Positions 50,009 through 61,607 of a stretch of 64,000 nt of DNA are shown here, in pieces (positions within the stretch are counted from its first letter, which is position 1; each line of letters opens with the position of its first letter). Source of the stretch: an uncultured Verrucomicrobiota bacterium (lineage in GTDB: Bacteria > Verrucomicrobiota > Verrucomicrobiia > Limisphaerales > UBA9464); NCBI GenBank assembly GCA_903854475.1, contig CAINWP010000076.1:58112-122111 (forward strand), written 5' to 3'. Under the pieces are notes generated by a model, which did no database searches, had not been told where the DNA came from, and saw nothing but the letters and a program-made list of their open reading frames with translations. The position numbers and the translations under genes are program-made.

Positions 50009-50770
50009 ATGACGTTCGACCTCACTGAGATGCTGCAGGACTGGGATTATAAGCCCGGTCAGGTGGTGGCGCGCCGCTTTCAGGGCAAGGACGGTGAGAA
50101 AATCCAACTCCGCGTTGATCTGGGGATCCTCCAGATGAATGTGCTGGGGCGTCCGGATGGCAAAAAGCCCATGGGGAATGAGTCTTGGTTCCATTTCTAC
50201 AGAAAACGTTTGGAACAGGCTCCTATCAGCGCCGATGGCGAGACTCCAGATTTCGCCCTGGGTTCGGAGGAATGCGGACGTCTCCAGCAGGAATCCATTC
50301 AGTATCATCACCGATACATTTGTTTCTTCCAGCTCAAGGATTACGAGGCCGTTGAGCGTGACTGTGCTAGAAACCTGGAAGTCTTCAGCTTCGTGGACCA
50401 GTTTGCTGAATCCGACGATCTGTCATGGAGCGTGGTTCAATTTACCCCACAGCTCACGATGATGCGCACGCGAGCCCGGGGCGAGGCCCGTCTCCAAGAC
50501 AACGATCGGGATGCCGCCCTCATCGCCATCGAGGCCGGCATCACCGAGTTGGCGGAGTTCTATCGGGATCACGAGCGCGAAGAACTCATTGAACAGAGCG
50601 GCGAGATCTTGTCACTGCGCGGATGGCTCGACGAAATTCGTCGTAAGCCCCCGCAGAATGAGATCGAACGCCTTCGCTTCGCTCTTGCCGAGGCCATCCG
50701 GATCGAGGACTACGAGACCGCCGCCGAAGTCCGCGATCAACTCCGCAAACTCCAAGCCTCCGAATCATGA
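50009..50770 (+). CDS. UvrB/UvrC (UVR) motif-containing protein
   Basis: C-terminal UVR motif LRFALAEAIRIEDYETAAEVRDQLRKLQ. The remainder is uncharacterised. Confidence 0.65.
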   Translation: MTFDLTEMLQDWDYKPGQVVARRFQGKDGEKIQLRVDLGILQMNVLGRPDGKKPMGNESWFHFYRKRLEQAPISADGETPDFALGSEECGRLQQESIQYHHRYICFFQLKDYEAVERDCARNLEVFSFVDQFAESDDLSWSVVQFTPQLTMMRTRARGEARLQDNDRDAALIAIEAGITELAEFYRDHEREELIEQSGEILSLRGWLDEIRRKPPQNEIERLRFALAEAIRIEDYETAAEVRDQLRKLQASES

Positions 50771-51213
50771 GCCTCCAACAACGCGTTAACGACGAACTCA
50801 AATCCTCCATGCTAGCCCGCCAAGCCGTCCGAACCGGGACGCTCCGGATGCTCAAGGCGGCTCTGGGTTACGCCCAAATCGAAAAGAAAACGGAGATACT
50901 CTCGGATGCCGATGTGATGGCGTTGATCCAACGGGAGGCCAAGAAGCGTCGAGACTCCATCGAAGAATTTGAGAAGGCCGGCCGGACGGAAATGGCAGCC
51001 AACGAGAAGGCCGAATTGGAAGTGCTCACCGAGTACCTGCCCAAGGCGTTGTCGGCCGAAGAATTGGAAAGCCTGATTCGAGAGGTCATTATCGAAGTGG
51101 GCGCTACTTCAAAGAAAGACATGGGAGCGGTCATGAAAGTTGCCCAGTCCAAGATAGATGGCCGAGCGGACGGCAAGTCCGTCAGTGCCCTTGTATCCAG
51201 GCTTCTGCCCTAA
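50767..51213 (+). CDS. yqeY: GatB/YqeY domain protein
   Basis: MSLQQRVNDELKSSMLARQAVRTGTLRMLKAAL...RRDSIEEFEKAGR...E.EVL.EYLP pattern. ATGA overlap with the upstream gene. Confidence 0.9.
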   Translation: MSLQQRVNDELKSSMLARQAVRTGTLRMLKAALGYAQIEKKTEILSDADVMALIQREAKKRRDSIEEFEKAGRTEMAANEKAELEVLTEYLPKALSAEELESLIREVIIEVGATSKKDMGAVMKVAQSKIDGRADGKSVSALVSRLLP

Positions 51214-51232
51214 GGTCAGAGAGCCTCGCTGG

Positions 51233-51898
51233 ATGTCCTTACCCCCTCAGTCTTCGAGCAACGCCACCGCGGCGGACTTCATCCGTGCCATGAGCGCTTC
51301 GGCTCAGGTCGCACGCTCGGGTGGCCAAACCATCGGTGAGTTCCTCGATCAACTGGGCGAGGGCAACGCCTGGTTAATGGCTCTGATTCTCACCCTGCCC
51401 TTCATTCAACCCTTGCCCACCGGGCCCATCGCCACCTTCGGTGGCCTGGCCTTTGCAGGAATGGGTTGGAGGTTAATTCGCGGTGATGAGTCGGTCTGGC
51501 TGCCGATGCGTATTCGGTCCACGCGACCCAGAGCGATGACTTGGAACGCATTCTCAGGCTTCGGGTGCGGATTGCTGAAGATTGTCGGTCGCGTCAGCCG
51601 CACCGAACGCATGGTTTGGCTCGTGGATGCGGTCGGGCGCAAGGGTGCAGGTTGGCTCATCCTGCTGGGCGGCCTCTTGGTGGCCGTCCCATTCTTGGTG
51701 GTTCCACTTCAGAACTCGCTCCCGGCACTGATCATCTTTTTCGCGTGTGTCGGACGACTTCAGCGAGATGGCGTCATGTACTTGCTGGCTCTTCTGAGCC
51801 TGGTGGTCACTCTCATCTATTTTGCGGTGGTCACCTGGGTGATTTTCTTCGCCGCTGAGCAGTCTTGGATGTGGCTTCGGGGCTTTCTGAGAGGGTAG
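51233..51898 (+). CDS. exoD: exopolysaccharide biosynthesis protein ExoD family (membrane)
   Basis: GEFLDQLGEGNAWLMALILTLPFIQPLPTGPIATFGGLAFAGMGWRLI and further TM helices typical of ExoD. ATG 51233. Confidence 0.75.
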   Translation: MSLPPQSSSNATAADFIRAMSASAQVARSGGQTIGEFLDQLGEGNAWLMALILTLPFIQPLPTGPIATFGGLAFAGMGWRLIRGDESVWLPMRIRSTRPRAMTWNAFSGFGCGLLKIVGRVSRTERMVWLVDAVGRKGAGWLILLGGLLVAVPFLVVPLQNSLPALIIFFACVGRLQRDGVMYLLALLSLVVTLIYFAVVTWVIFFAAEQSWMWLRGFLRG

Positions 51899-52124
51899 AA
51901 ATCGATCACGATCTAGGGTCTTTGGCCCATTGACCCAGAAGCCACTAGGGCTGCCAAAATTCAAGAGAGGCGCCGGCTGATGGACCCATTCGGTCGCAAA
52001 CTTTTCCAAAATCCGCTTGTGAAACTTTTCACTATCTCGTTATCTCGACCCATCAACAGTTGAAAACCCTCGCCGACTGCGCGCCCGTGGCGTGGTCCCG
52101 GTGGTCTTCCTTCTATCAATCACG

Positions 52125-53036
52125 ATGGCCTGGTCTAAAACCTTAGTACTTCCGTTCGCGGGATTCTGCCTCCAGTTGGCAACCGTTGCCGCGGAGCATG
52201 GAAATCACGTCGAGGCTGCCGAGCAGCAGGGCTTGCCCTCGGCGGCACCCGTTATTTTCCACATTGGACCGTTGCCGGTGTCCAATTCCATGATCTTGAC
52301 CTGGGTGGTCTCTTTGCTGTTGGTCTTGGCTGTGCGTTTGGGTGTTCGGACCATGAAGGACATTCCGGACGGGGCTCAGAATTTCTGGGAGTGGGTGGTT
52401 GAAGGTCTGTATGATTTCCTCGGTGGAATTATCGGAGACGACCTCGTTCGCAAAACGTTTTGGTTCTTTGCCTCGTTGTTTGTCTTTGTCGTGTCCACCA
52501 ACTGGTTCGGCCTGCTCCCGGGGGTTGGGACCATCGGATATGGTGTTGCTGGGGAACATGGCTTCCATGTGACCGACCCTCTGCTGCGGGGCGCCAATGC
52601 GGACTTCAACATGACCTTCGCCATGTCGATGGTTTTCTTTGTCCTGTGGACGGTCTGGGCCTTGCAGGCCAACGGCCCCATCGGATTTCTCAAGCATATA
52701 TTTGGAGCCAAAGGCGGGTTGAGCGGTTTTATGGGAATCGTCCTAATGGTGGTCTTTTTCGCTGTCGGTCTCCTAGAGGTCGTGTCCATACTTTTCCGCC
52801 CCGTTTCGCTGAGCTTCCGCCTTTTCGGGAATGTCTTCGCTGGAGAGAATATGCTGGAGTCGATGACTCATCTGGGTGGCGCCCAACTGGGTTGGCTCAC
52901 CGCTTTGCCGTTCTACTTCATGGAACTTTTGGTCGGTTTGGTGCAGGCTCTGGTCTTCATGCTCTTGACGGCGGTTTTCACGCTGCTCATTTGCTCACAC
53001 GATGAAGAGCACGGCGAGGATGGGTCTCACCACTAA
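52125..53036 (+). CDS. atpB: F0F1 ATP synthase subunit a
   Basis: LSFRLFGNVFAGE with the essential Arg. Polytopic. Start is either ATG 52125 or GTG 52092. Confidence 0.9.
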   Translation: MAWSKTLVLPFAGFCLQLATVAAEHGNHVEAAEQQGLPSAAPVIFHIGPLPVSNSMILTWVVSLLLVLAVRLGVRTMKDIPDGAQNFWEWVVEGLYDFLGGIIGDDLVRKTFWFFASLFVFVVSTNWFGLLPGVGTIGYGVAGEHGFHVTDPLLRGANADFNMTFAMSMVFFVLWTVWALQANGPIGFLKHIFGAKGGLSGFMGIVLMVVFFAVGLLEVVSILFRPVSLSFRLFGNVFAGENMLESMTHLGGAQLGWLTALPFYFMELLVGLVQALVFMLLTAVFTLLICSHDEEHGEDGSHH

Positions 53037-53108
53037 CACTTTCGGCCGTCAGACGGTGGCAAGCCTGCCGGGGCGGTCGGCAACAACACTAGAAAGGTAA
53101 ACATCATC

Positions 53109-53318
53109 ATGATGATCGCAGAAATGTCCGGCAACATTCACGTCGCCGCCGCCGCTGCCGCTGCCGCAATCGGCGTCGGAATGATCGGTAAGAGCGCCGC
53201 TGAAGCAGTCGGCCGCAATCCCGGAGCCGCCACCAAGATCCTGGTTCAATCCATTCTGAGCACGGCCTTCGCTGAAGGCATTGTATTCTTCGCCCTGTTC
53301 CTCTGGAACGGTAAGTGA
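53109..53318 (+). CDS. atpE: F0F1 ATP synthase subunit c
   Basis: Two-helix hairpin with polar loop GRNPGA and carboxylate in AFAEGIVFFAL. Confidence 0.9.
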   Translation: MMIAEMSGNIHVAAAAAAAAIGVGMIGKSAAEAVGRNPGAATKILVQSILSTAFAEGIVFFALFLWNGK

Positions 53319-53391
53319 TCACTTGGGCGCGGGACCTCAAGGTTCCGCGCCTCCATTTTCGAGAAGTTAAGACCCCACAGATCCCATAGAG

Positions 53392-53934
53392 ATGAGTCCG
53401 CTCCTATTTCTTGCGGCAGCCGATGCCGGTCCCGTTGGTGAAATTGCCAAGACCTTCGGGGCCAATATCCCAGCGCTTATTGCCAACGCAATCAGCTTTG
53501 TGCTGGTGGCGCTGATCCTGAAGAAGTGGGCGATCGGCCCTATCCAAAAGACATTGGAAGACCGCCGTGCGTTGATTGCTCAAGGTCTTGCCGATGCCGG
53601 CCGCGCTCGGGAGGAGCTCGCTGTTGCCCATCGCAAGTCTCAAGAATTGCTGGAAGAAACAGGCGCCCAGACCGGTCGGATCATTGAAGAATCCAGAGCT
53701 GCAGCGGCACGGGTTACGGAGATCGAAACCCAAAAGGCGATTGCCGCCGCTGCCGACATTATTGCCAAAGCTCGCCATTCTAATGAGGCCGAATTGACCC
53801 GCTTGAAGGCGGAACTCCGTCAAGAATTTGGACGGTTGGTCGTCGAGGCCAGCGTCAAGGTGACCGGAAAGATTCTGACGTTGGACGACCAAAAGCGCTT
53901 GGCTGAGGAAACCCAACGGCAAATCGCCGCCTAG
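53392..53934 (+). CDS. atpF: F0F1 ATP synthase subunit b
   Basis: N-terminal TM helix followed by a long charged helix; operon position. Confidence 0.85.
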   Translation: MSPLLFLAAADAGPVGEIAKTFGANIPALIANAISFVLVALILKKWAIGPIQKTLEDRRALIAQGLADAGRAREELAVAHRKSQELLEETGAQTGRIIEESRAAAARVTEIETQKAIAAAADIIAKARHSNEAELTRLKAELRQEFGRLVVEASVKVTGKILTLDDQKRLAEETQRQIAA

Positions 53935-53977
53935 GCCCACCCAAATCACAAACCGAATCACAACCTAAATTTCTAGG

Positions 53978-54370
53978 ATGAAGATTGGAAAACAGGCGCG
54001 GCGTGACGGCAAAGATCTGTACCGCATGTGCCAATTGAATGGTGTGCTAAGTGAGACCCGCGTCCGCTCGGCGGTGTCGCAGGTGTTGGCGAGCAAGCCC
54101 CGCAATTATCTGGCTGCTCTGACGCATTTTCAGCGCCTAGTGGAACTCGACGTTCAGAGTCGGACGGTCCGCATTGATAACGCCGTGCCCACCTCTGAGT
54201 CCCAAATGGACACCATTAAAGCCAGCCTGACCCAGAAGTATGGGGCCGGTCTGGATTTCCAGTTCTTCGTGGATCCCACTTTGATCGGTGGGCTCCGCAT
54301 CCAGATTGGTAGTGATGTGTTTGATGGCACCGTGAAAACACGGTTGGCCGCACTCGAGAATAGCTTTTAA
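53978..54370 (+). CDS. atpH: F0F1 ATP synthase subunit delta (short, 130 aa)
   Basis: OSCP C-terminal signature DPTLIGGLRIQIGSDVFDGTVKTRLAALE; operon position. Confidence 0.8.
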   Translation: MKIGKQARRDGKDLYRMCQLNGVLSETRVRSAVSQVLASKPRNYLAALTHFQRLVELDVQSRTVRIDNAVPTSESQMDTIKASLTQKYGAGLDFQFFVDPTLIGGLRIQIGSDVFDGTVKTRLAALENSF

Positions 54371-54415
54371 CGATCATTTTCAACTTTCCCACAGTCGAAT
54401 AATCCCACAGACGAC

Positions 54416-55942
54416 ATGAGTTCCCTGCTCCAAGAAATTGAGGCCCAGATCAACGGTGCGAAGGCTTCGGTGACACGCCAAAACATCGGACAAATCCGCG
54501 AGATTTCCGATGGTGTTTGCAAGATCGAAGGCCTTTCGGACTGCATGGCCAATGAGATGCTCGACTTCGGTGGCGGCATCATCGGCCTCGCCCTGAACCT
54601 CGAAGAAACCGAGGTCGGCGCGATCATCATGGGCGACTACACCAGCCTCCACGAGGGCAGTGAGGTGAAGACCACCGGCAAACTGCTGTCGGTTCCTGTC
54701 GGAAAAGGACTATTGGGTCGAGTCGTGGACGTCCTCGGGCGCCCGCTCGATGGCAAAGGTCCTATTGAGGCCACCGCATTCTACCCGGTCGAAAAGATCG
54801 CCCCGGGTATTATTAAGCGGAAGTCCGTGAGCCAACCGCTCCAGACCGGGATCATGGCCGTCGACGCGATGATTCCCATTGGTCGCGGTCAACGCGAGCT
54901 GATCATTGGTGACCGTTCCACCGGCAAGACCACGATCGGCGTGGACACGATGATCAATCAGGCCCGCATCAATCAGCAGAATGTTGGGGTCAAGGACTTC
55001 CGCCCGGTCTACAACATCTACGTCGCGATCGGGCAGAAGCAATCCAACATCGCCCGCGTCATCGCTGAGCTCGATAAGGCCGGCGCAATGGAGTACACGA
55101 TTGTCGTGGCCGCCGCTGCCTCCGATTCGGCTGCCGACCAATATTTGGCGCCGTTCTCAGGAGCTTCCATTGGCGAGTGGTTCATGGACAACGGCATGGA
55201 TGCGCTCATCATTTATGATGATCTCTCCAAGCAGGCCACGGCTTACCGTCAAGTTTCATTGGTGTTGAAGCGTCCGTCCGGCCGCGAAGCCTATCCGGGC
55301 GATGTGTTCTATCTGCATAGCCGCCTCTTGGAGCGATCGGCCCGCGTGAACGAGAAGAGCGGCAATGGATCGCTGACGGCCTTGCCCATCATTGAGACTC
55401 AAGCGGGTGACGTCTCGGCCTACATTCCGACTAACGTTATCTCCATCACCGACGGTCAGATTTATCTCGAGACCGACTTGTTCTACCAGGGTGTTCGTCC
55501 GGCCATTTCGGTCGGTCTGTCGGTCAGCCGCGTTGGATCCGCCGCGCAAATCAAGGCGATGAAGCAAGTCGCCGGTAAGATCAAGCTCGACCTGGCTCAG
55601 TACCGAGAACTCGCCGCGTTCGCCCAGTTCGGATCAGACCTCGATGCCAAGACCCAGGCAACCTTGGAGCGCGGCAAGCGAATCGTAGAACTCTTCAAGC
55701 AAAGCCAATACAAGCCGATCCCGGTCGAAATCCAGGCGGTCATCCTTTGGACCATGCAGAATGGTCTGCTGGACGACGTGAACGTTGAGAAGGTCAAGGA
55801 CTTCCAAAACAAGGTCACCGACTTCCTCAATACTCGGAAACCGACTCTCCTTGAGAAGATTCGTATCGAGAAAGCTATCAATGACGCGTTGGCCGCCGAA
55901 TTGAAGGCAGCCATCACCGAGTTCAAGCAAAGCTACCGCTAA
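54416..55942 (+). CDS. atpA: F0F1 ATP synthase subunit alpha
   Basis: [10 protein letters not shown]-loop and full-length alpha similarity. Confidence 0.97.
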   Translation: MSSLLQEIEAQINGAKASVTRQNIGQIREISDGVCKIEGLSDCMANEMLDFGGGIIGLALNLEETEVGAIIMGDYTSLHEGSEVKTTGKLLSVPVGKGLLGRVVDVLGRPLDGKGPIEATAFYPVEKIAPGIIKRKSVSQPLQTGIMAVDAMIPIGRGQRELIIGDRSTGKTTIGVDTMINQARINQQNVGVKDFRPVYNIYVAIGQKQSNIARVIAELDKAGAMEYTIVVAAAASDSAADQYLAPFSGASIGEWFMDNGMDALIIYDDLSKQATAYRQVSLVLKRPSGREAYPGDVFYLHSRLLERSARVNEKSGNGSLTALPIIETQAGDVSAYIPTNVISITDGQIYLETDLFYQGVRPAISVGLSVSRVGSAAQIKAMKQVAGKIKLDLAQYRELAAFAQFGSDLDAKTQATLERGKRIVELFKQSQYKPIPVEIQAVILWTMQNGLLDDVNVEKVKDFQNKVTDFLNTRKPTLLEKIRIEKAINDALAAELKAAITEFKQSYR

Positions 55943-55975
55943 GTCGCAGCCTGACCGGAGCACCTCCCACTCACC

Positions 55976-56860
55976 ATGCCCAGCACACGCGACATCCGGC
56001 GCCGCATCAAGTCGGTCAAGAACACGGCGCAGATCACTAAGGCGATGCAAATGGTCGCCTCGGCCAAGATGCGTAAGGCGCAGCAGGCTGCCCTAGCGGG
56101 TCGGCCGTATGCGTCCTTGATGAATGAGGTGTTGGCAGCTGCTACGGCAGGGGCCGGAGAGTTCCAGCACCCTCTCACTGAAGAACGCGAGATTAAGAAT
56201 CGGGCGCTGATCATCATCAGCACCGACAAGGGTCTTTGCGGCGCTCTGAACACCAACTTGCTGCGCGAGGCAGCCAAAGCCCATCTGCCCAGCACAGTTT
56301 ATGTGGTGGCCGGCCGCAAGGCAGCCCAATGGGTGGCACGTCTCAAGCGCAAACTGGTCGCCGAATTTTCTTACAAAGACATACCCGAATTCGCTGAGGC
56401 CCGGGCGATTTCCAAGTTTGCCCAAGAACTCTTTCTTAGCGGTCAAGTAGATGCTGTTGATGTGGTTTTCACCAACTATATCAACACGTTGACTCAAAAG
56501 GCGGAGATTCGAACGTTGTTGCCTTTGGGCCGTCTCCAGAAACTGGATCCGGATATTCGCGGTATTGGCGGTACTGAGGAGATTCAGCACAGTGCCGCCC
56601 AGGAGTATAGCTTTGAACCGCCTGCACCGCAGTTGCTGAGCAACCTCCTCCCGCACTACCTGAATTATCAGGTGTATCAGATGCTTTTGGAGGCCAAGGC
56701 TTCCGAGCATTCGGCGCGCATGGTTGCCATGAAGAGCGCCACCGACAACGCTAAGCAACTCATTAAGGACCTGACGCTCGAGTACAACAAGCTCCGTCAG
56801 GCGAACATCACCAAGGAACTTCTCGAAATTACCAGCGCCGCCATGGCGATGGGCAACTGA
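55976..56860 (+). CDS. atpG: F0F1 ATP synthase subunit gamma
   Basis: MPSTRDIRRRIKSVKNTAQITKAMQMVASAKMRKAQ...ITKELLEI. Confidence 0.95.
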   Translation: MPSTRDIRRRIKSVKNTAQITKAMQMVASAKMRKAQQAALAGRPYASLMNEVLAAATAGAGEFQHPLTEEREIKNRALIIISTDKGLCGALNTNLLREAAKAHLPSTVYVVAGRKAAQWVARLKRKLVAEFSYKDIPEFAEARAISKFAQELFLSGQVDAVDVVFTNYINTLTQKAEIRTLLPLGRLQKLDPDIRGIGGTEEIQHSAAQEYSFEPPAPQLLSNLLPHYLNYQVYQMLLEAKASEHSARMVAMKSATDNAKQLIKDLTLEYNKLRQANITKELLEITSAAMAMGN

Positions 56861-58324
<1,464 letters not shown>

Positions 58325-58359
58325 CCGGTTGTCCGTCCCACGCTCAGAACCCCACCGAC

Positions 58360-58767
58360 ATGGCCACTCTCAAACTGGAAATCGCAACGCCTGAGGCCCG
58401 CATCTATTCCGAGGAGGTCGACATGGTCACCTTGCCAGGGCTCGAGGGCGAGATGGGCATCTTCCCTATGCACATCCCGCTGATGACCCAGATCACTCAC
58501 GGTGAGATCGTCGTTCGCAAGGGCGGCCAAGACCACTTTCTGGCCGTCGGAGAAGGTTTTGTTGAGATCACTGGTGAACGGGTTGCCATCTTGACCGACA
58601 TGGCTATTCGAGCAGCGGACATCGATGAGGCCCGAGCCGAAGAAGCTCGGAAAAAGGCTGAGGCGCGAATCGCTCAGAGATTGGGAGACGAAGAAACAGC
58701 CCTGGCCCAAGCCTCTCTCATGCACTCTCTGACCCAGTTGAATTTGAAGCGGCGTCACCATCGATGA
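58360..58767 (+). CDS. atpC: F0F1 ATP synthase subunit epsilon
   Basis: Beta-sandwich N-terminus (LKLEIATPEARIYSEEVDMVTLPGLEGEMGIFPMHIPLMT) plus a helical C-terminus. Confidence 0.9.
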   Translation: MATLKLEIATPEARIYSEEVDMVTLPGLEGEMGIFPMHIPLMTQITHGEIVVRKGGQDHFLAVGEGFVEITGERVAILTDMAIRAADIDEARAEEARKKAEARIAQRLGDEETALAQASLMHSLTQLNLKRRHHR

Positions 58768-58794
58768 ACTGATTCATCGGATCGGAATCGACCA

Positions 58795-58822
58795 AACGGC
58801 CGCCGCTTACACGGCGGCCGTT
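58795..58822 (+). terminator. GC-rich hairpin after atpC (possible terminator, no U-tract)
   Basis: aacggccgccg-cttaca-cggcggccgtt, an 11-bp perfect stem. Confidence 0.45.
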
Positions 58823-58924
58823 GCATTGGGAACCCCCTTCCTTATCCTAATGGGTAGCCGCCCGGAGAGCCGAGCCGCCGCCAACCCAATTCATCGAGCC
58901 CAATTTATTAAGCCAGTGAACAGC

Positions 58925-59224
58925 ATGCCGGGAACCATCGAATTACCGACACCCGAGGTCGGTGCGGAGATAGAATCTAAGAAGGTCCGTGAGCGGGACT
59001 ATACCGTCATCGTTTGGGATGACCCGGTGAACCTCATGCCTTATGTGACTCATGTCTTCCAGCAGGTCTTCGGTTGGGGTCGTGAAAAAGCACAGCGGCA
59101 CATGCTCGAAGTTCATAAGGAAGGCCGCAGTGTTGTGGTTCGAGACAGCTTCGAAAAAGCGGAGTATTACGTCCACGCGCTCCAGAAGTATTCCCTCACC
59201 GCCACGCTGGAACCGGCCTCATGA
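58925..59224 (+). CDS. clpS: ATP-dependent Clp protease adaptor ClpS
   Basis: YTVIVWDDPVNLMPYVTHVFQQVFGWGREKAQRHMLEVHKEGRSVV. ATG 58925. Confidence 0.9.
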   Translation: MPGTIELPTPEVGAEIESKKVRERDYTVIVWDDPVNLMPYVTHVFQQVFGWGREKAQRHMLEVHKEGRSVVVRDSFEKAEYYVHALQKYSLTATLEPAS

Positions 59225-59715
59225 AACTTCACGCGTGCGACGACGAGGGCACTTCTTGGTTCCTCACCCCTGGAGAGCGCAACCTGCTGCTCACACTTTT
59301 TTCTCGTCCCATCGACCCACGCCAACGAGCTCGGCTGAGTCGCACCTCTGAAGCCCTTGAGGAACAGTGCCAGTCGGATTTAGCCGGTGAGTTGGAGAAC
59401 CACCGATCAGAGGTACGGTCCCGGTTGGTTGTGCTTTTGGGCGCCGCGGCCACGGCCACAACGACGACTCAAACCCCTTCCGGAACCCGGGAAGACTCCG
59501 GCTGGATTCTCCGTCTGACCCCCGAAGACCGTGAATCCTTTCTTCAGGCGTTGAACGAATTACGCCTGGGGGCCTGGGAACAACTCGGGCGACCCGATCC
59601 CCCGGAGGTTCCCGCCGATTTGCCTCTGAACTCACCCAATACCCTGCATTGGTGGAACCTGGAAATCGCTTCCCGTTTCCAGGGGCGATTGATCTCCGAG
59701 GAATCTCTCGAATGA
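59221..59715 (+). CDS. hypothetical acidic protein (164 aa), translationally coupled between clpS and aat
   Basis: ATGA overlap with the clpS stop (59221-59224) and with the aat start (59712-59715). GC-rich third positions. No motif recognised. Confidence 0.65.
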   Translation: MKLHACDDEGTSWFLTPGERNLLLTLFSRPIDPRQRARLSRTSEALEEQCQSDLAGELENHRSEVRSRLVVLLGAAATATTTTQTPSGTREDSGWILRLTPEDRESFLQALNELRLGAWEQLGRPDPPEVPADLPLNSPNTLHWWNLEIASRFQGRLISEESLE

Positions 59716-60386
59716 GGAATCCATCGGATTCCGTGACCTTCCTATCTCCAGGAGATCGGTTGCCGGATCCGAGCCAGGCCCGGGAAGATGGATTGGTGGC
59801 AGTGGGAGGCGACCTGTCGGTGGAGCGGTTGCTGGAAGCGTATCAGAGCGGTCTTTTTCCGTGGTCGGTTGACCCGATTACCTGGTGGTCCCCCGATCCC
59901 CGCGGCGTTCTTCCGGTGGGCGCAGTGCATGTTTCGCGGAGTCTGGCCCGGACGTTGCGCCGAGCCCCCTACACGGTGAGTTTCGACCAAAAATTTTCAG
60001 CCGTCATTCGTGCCTGTGCCGAGGTGCCCCGAAGCGGGGCCAGCTCGACTTGGATTTCACCCCAGCTTTTGCAGGCGTATGAACAGCTGGCCCAGGCCGG
60101 ACATGCCCACAGTGTGGAATGCTGGCAGGAAGGGCGGCTGGTGGGCGGGGTGTACGGGGTGTGCGTGGGAGGCTTCTTTGCCGGTGAGTCGATGTTTCAC
60201 CATGCGGATGATGCCTCGAAGGTGGCTTTGGTCCATCTGGACCGTCATCTAGCCCGCCGTGGATTTACCCTGCTGGACTGCCAGATGGTCACCTCAGTCA
60301 CCCGGTCGCTGGGAGCCACGGAAATTCCGCGGGCCGAGTATTTGGGTCGGTTGGCCCGGGCCGTGAGCCAACCGTCGCGGTGGTAA
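59712..60386 (+). CDS. aat: leucyl/phenylalanyl-tRNA--protein transferase
   Basis: LVAVGGDLSVERLLEAYQSGLFPW...PITWWSPDPRGVL...GESMFH. ATG 59712. Confidence 0.9.
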   Translation: MRNPSDSVTFLSPGDRLPDPSQAREDGLVAVGGDLSVERLLEAYQSGLFPWSVDPITWWSPDPRGVLPVGAVHVSRSLARTLRRAPYTVSFDQKFSAVIRACAEVPRSGASSTWISPQLLQAYEQLAQAGHAHSVECWQEGRLVGGVYGVCVGGFFAGESMFHHADDASKVALVHLDRHLARRGFTLLDCQMVTSVTRSLGATEIPRAEYLGRLARAVSQPSRW

Positions 60387-60426
60387 CGCTCGTAGTGCAG
60401 GGTGCAGACAGTCTGTGGCGAGCCCT

Positions 60427-61146
60427 TTAGGCTGCGGCCACAGCGGAAGCCCGTCGGGATTCTAGCGCCAAGATCATGCTCTTCAGGATCGACCGACCGT
60501 CTTCCGTTCCGAGAATACCTTCCACTGCACGATCTGGGTGCGGCATGAGGCCCGCCACATTGAAGCGCTCGTTGGCGATGCCGGCGATGTTCAGCACTGA
60601 ACCGTTGGGATTGGCTGCCTCAGTCACGGCACCCTTCGCATCACAGTACTGCCAAAGAATTTGGCGCTGCGTTTGCAATCGTTCCAGCGTGGGAGCATCG
60701 GCGAAGTAGCATCCCTCGCCGTGGGCGATAGGAATGCGGATGGGAACGCCGTCGCGGGGGATCTCTGAAGTGAAAGGAGTCTCGAAGTTGGCGGTTTTCA
60801 GAAAAACCTGTTCGCAGTGGAATCGCAGGTCTCGGTTGCGGATCAGTGCGCCTGGTAAAAGACCTGCTTCGCAAAGGATTTGGAAGCCATTGCAAATGCC
60901 TAAGACGAGCCCGCCGTTGTCCGCGAAGCGGCTCACCGCTTGCATCACAGGGCTGAAACGGGCGATGGCCCCGCAACGCAGAGCGTCCCCATAGCTGAAG
61001 CCACCGGGGACGATCACGGCATCCACCTCGCCCAACGAGGTGTCCTTGTGCCAGACGAGTTTGGCTTGGCTGCCCAGCACGCGAAGCGCGTGCACGCAGT
61101 CTTGGTCGCAGTTGGAAGCTGGAAACTGGAGGATGGCAAATCTCAT
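60427..61146 (-). CDS. purQ: phosphoribosylformylglycinamidine synthase subunit PurQ
   Basis: MRFAILQFPASNCDQD...VPGGFSYGD...GICNGFQIL...MPHPDRA glutaminase triad motifs. ATG 61146. Confidence 0.93.
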   Translation of the reverse strand: MRFAILQFPASNCDQDCVHALRVLGSQAKLVWHKDTSLGEVDAVIVPGGFSYGDALRCGAIARFSPVMQAVSRFADNGGLVLGICNGFQILCEAGLLPGALIRNRDLRFHCEQVFLKTANFETPFTSEIPRDGVPIRIPIAHGEGCYFADAPTLERLQTQRQILWQYCDAKGAVTEAANPNGSVLNIAGIANERFNVAGLMPHPDRAVEGILGTEDGRSILKSMILALESRRASAVAAA

Positions 61147-61160
61147 AGCCGAATGGGTCG

Positions 61161-61406
61161 TCATTCCACGATCTCCAGACGGTAATCTTCGATCACCGGG
61201 TTGCTCAGAAAACGCAAGGCCGCCTCGTTGAGAGCGTTGTGGGCATCGGCAGCGGAGGTGCCCGGAGCCAAGTCGATCTCGATGTACTTGCCCACGCGGA
61301 CGCCGGTGACTCCAGCGTATCCCATGTGTTCGAGGGCGTTGGCGACGGTCTTGCCTTGAGGATCGAGGACGGCCTTTTTCGGAGTGATGACGAGCTTGGC
61401 TTTCAT
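61161..61406 (-). CDS. purS: phosphoribosylformylglycinamidine synthase subunit PurS
   Basis: 81-aa product MKAKLVITPKKAVLDPQGKTVANALEHMGY...NPVIEDYRLEIVE. ATG 61406. Confidence 0.9.
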   Translation of the reverse strand: MKAKLVITPKKAVLDPQGKTVANALEHMGYAGVTGVRVGKYIEIDLAPGTSAADAHNALNEAALRFLSNPVIEDYRLEIVE

Positions 61407-61607
61407 GGCGGCGGAAGTTTCCTCGGGAGAAACCCGAAGGAAGTGAGAGAATGAGGCAGCATCTGGATAGAGGTGAAGAAGATTTCTGGCGGCTTTGGCG
61501 GGTCCGAACCAACGCTGTTGGAATTGGACGCTTGCCAGCGATTCGTCGGCCAGTAAGCTATAGGTTCTTTCCGCCGGATTACCCAGCGGAACACCCATTT
61601 CAATTCT

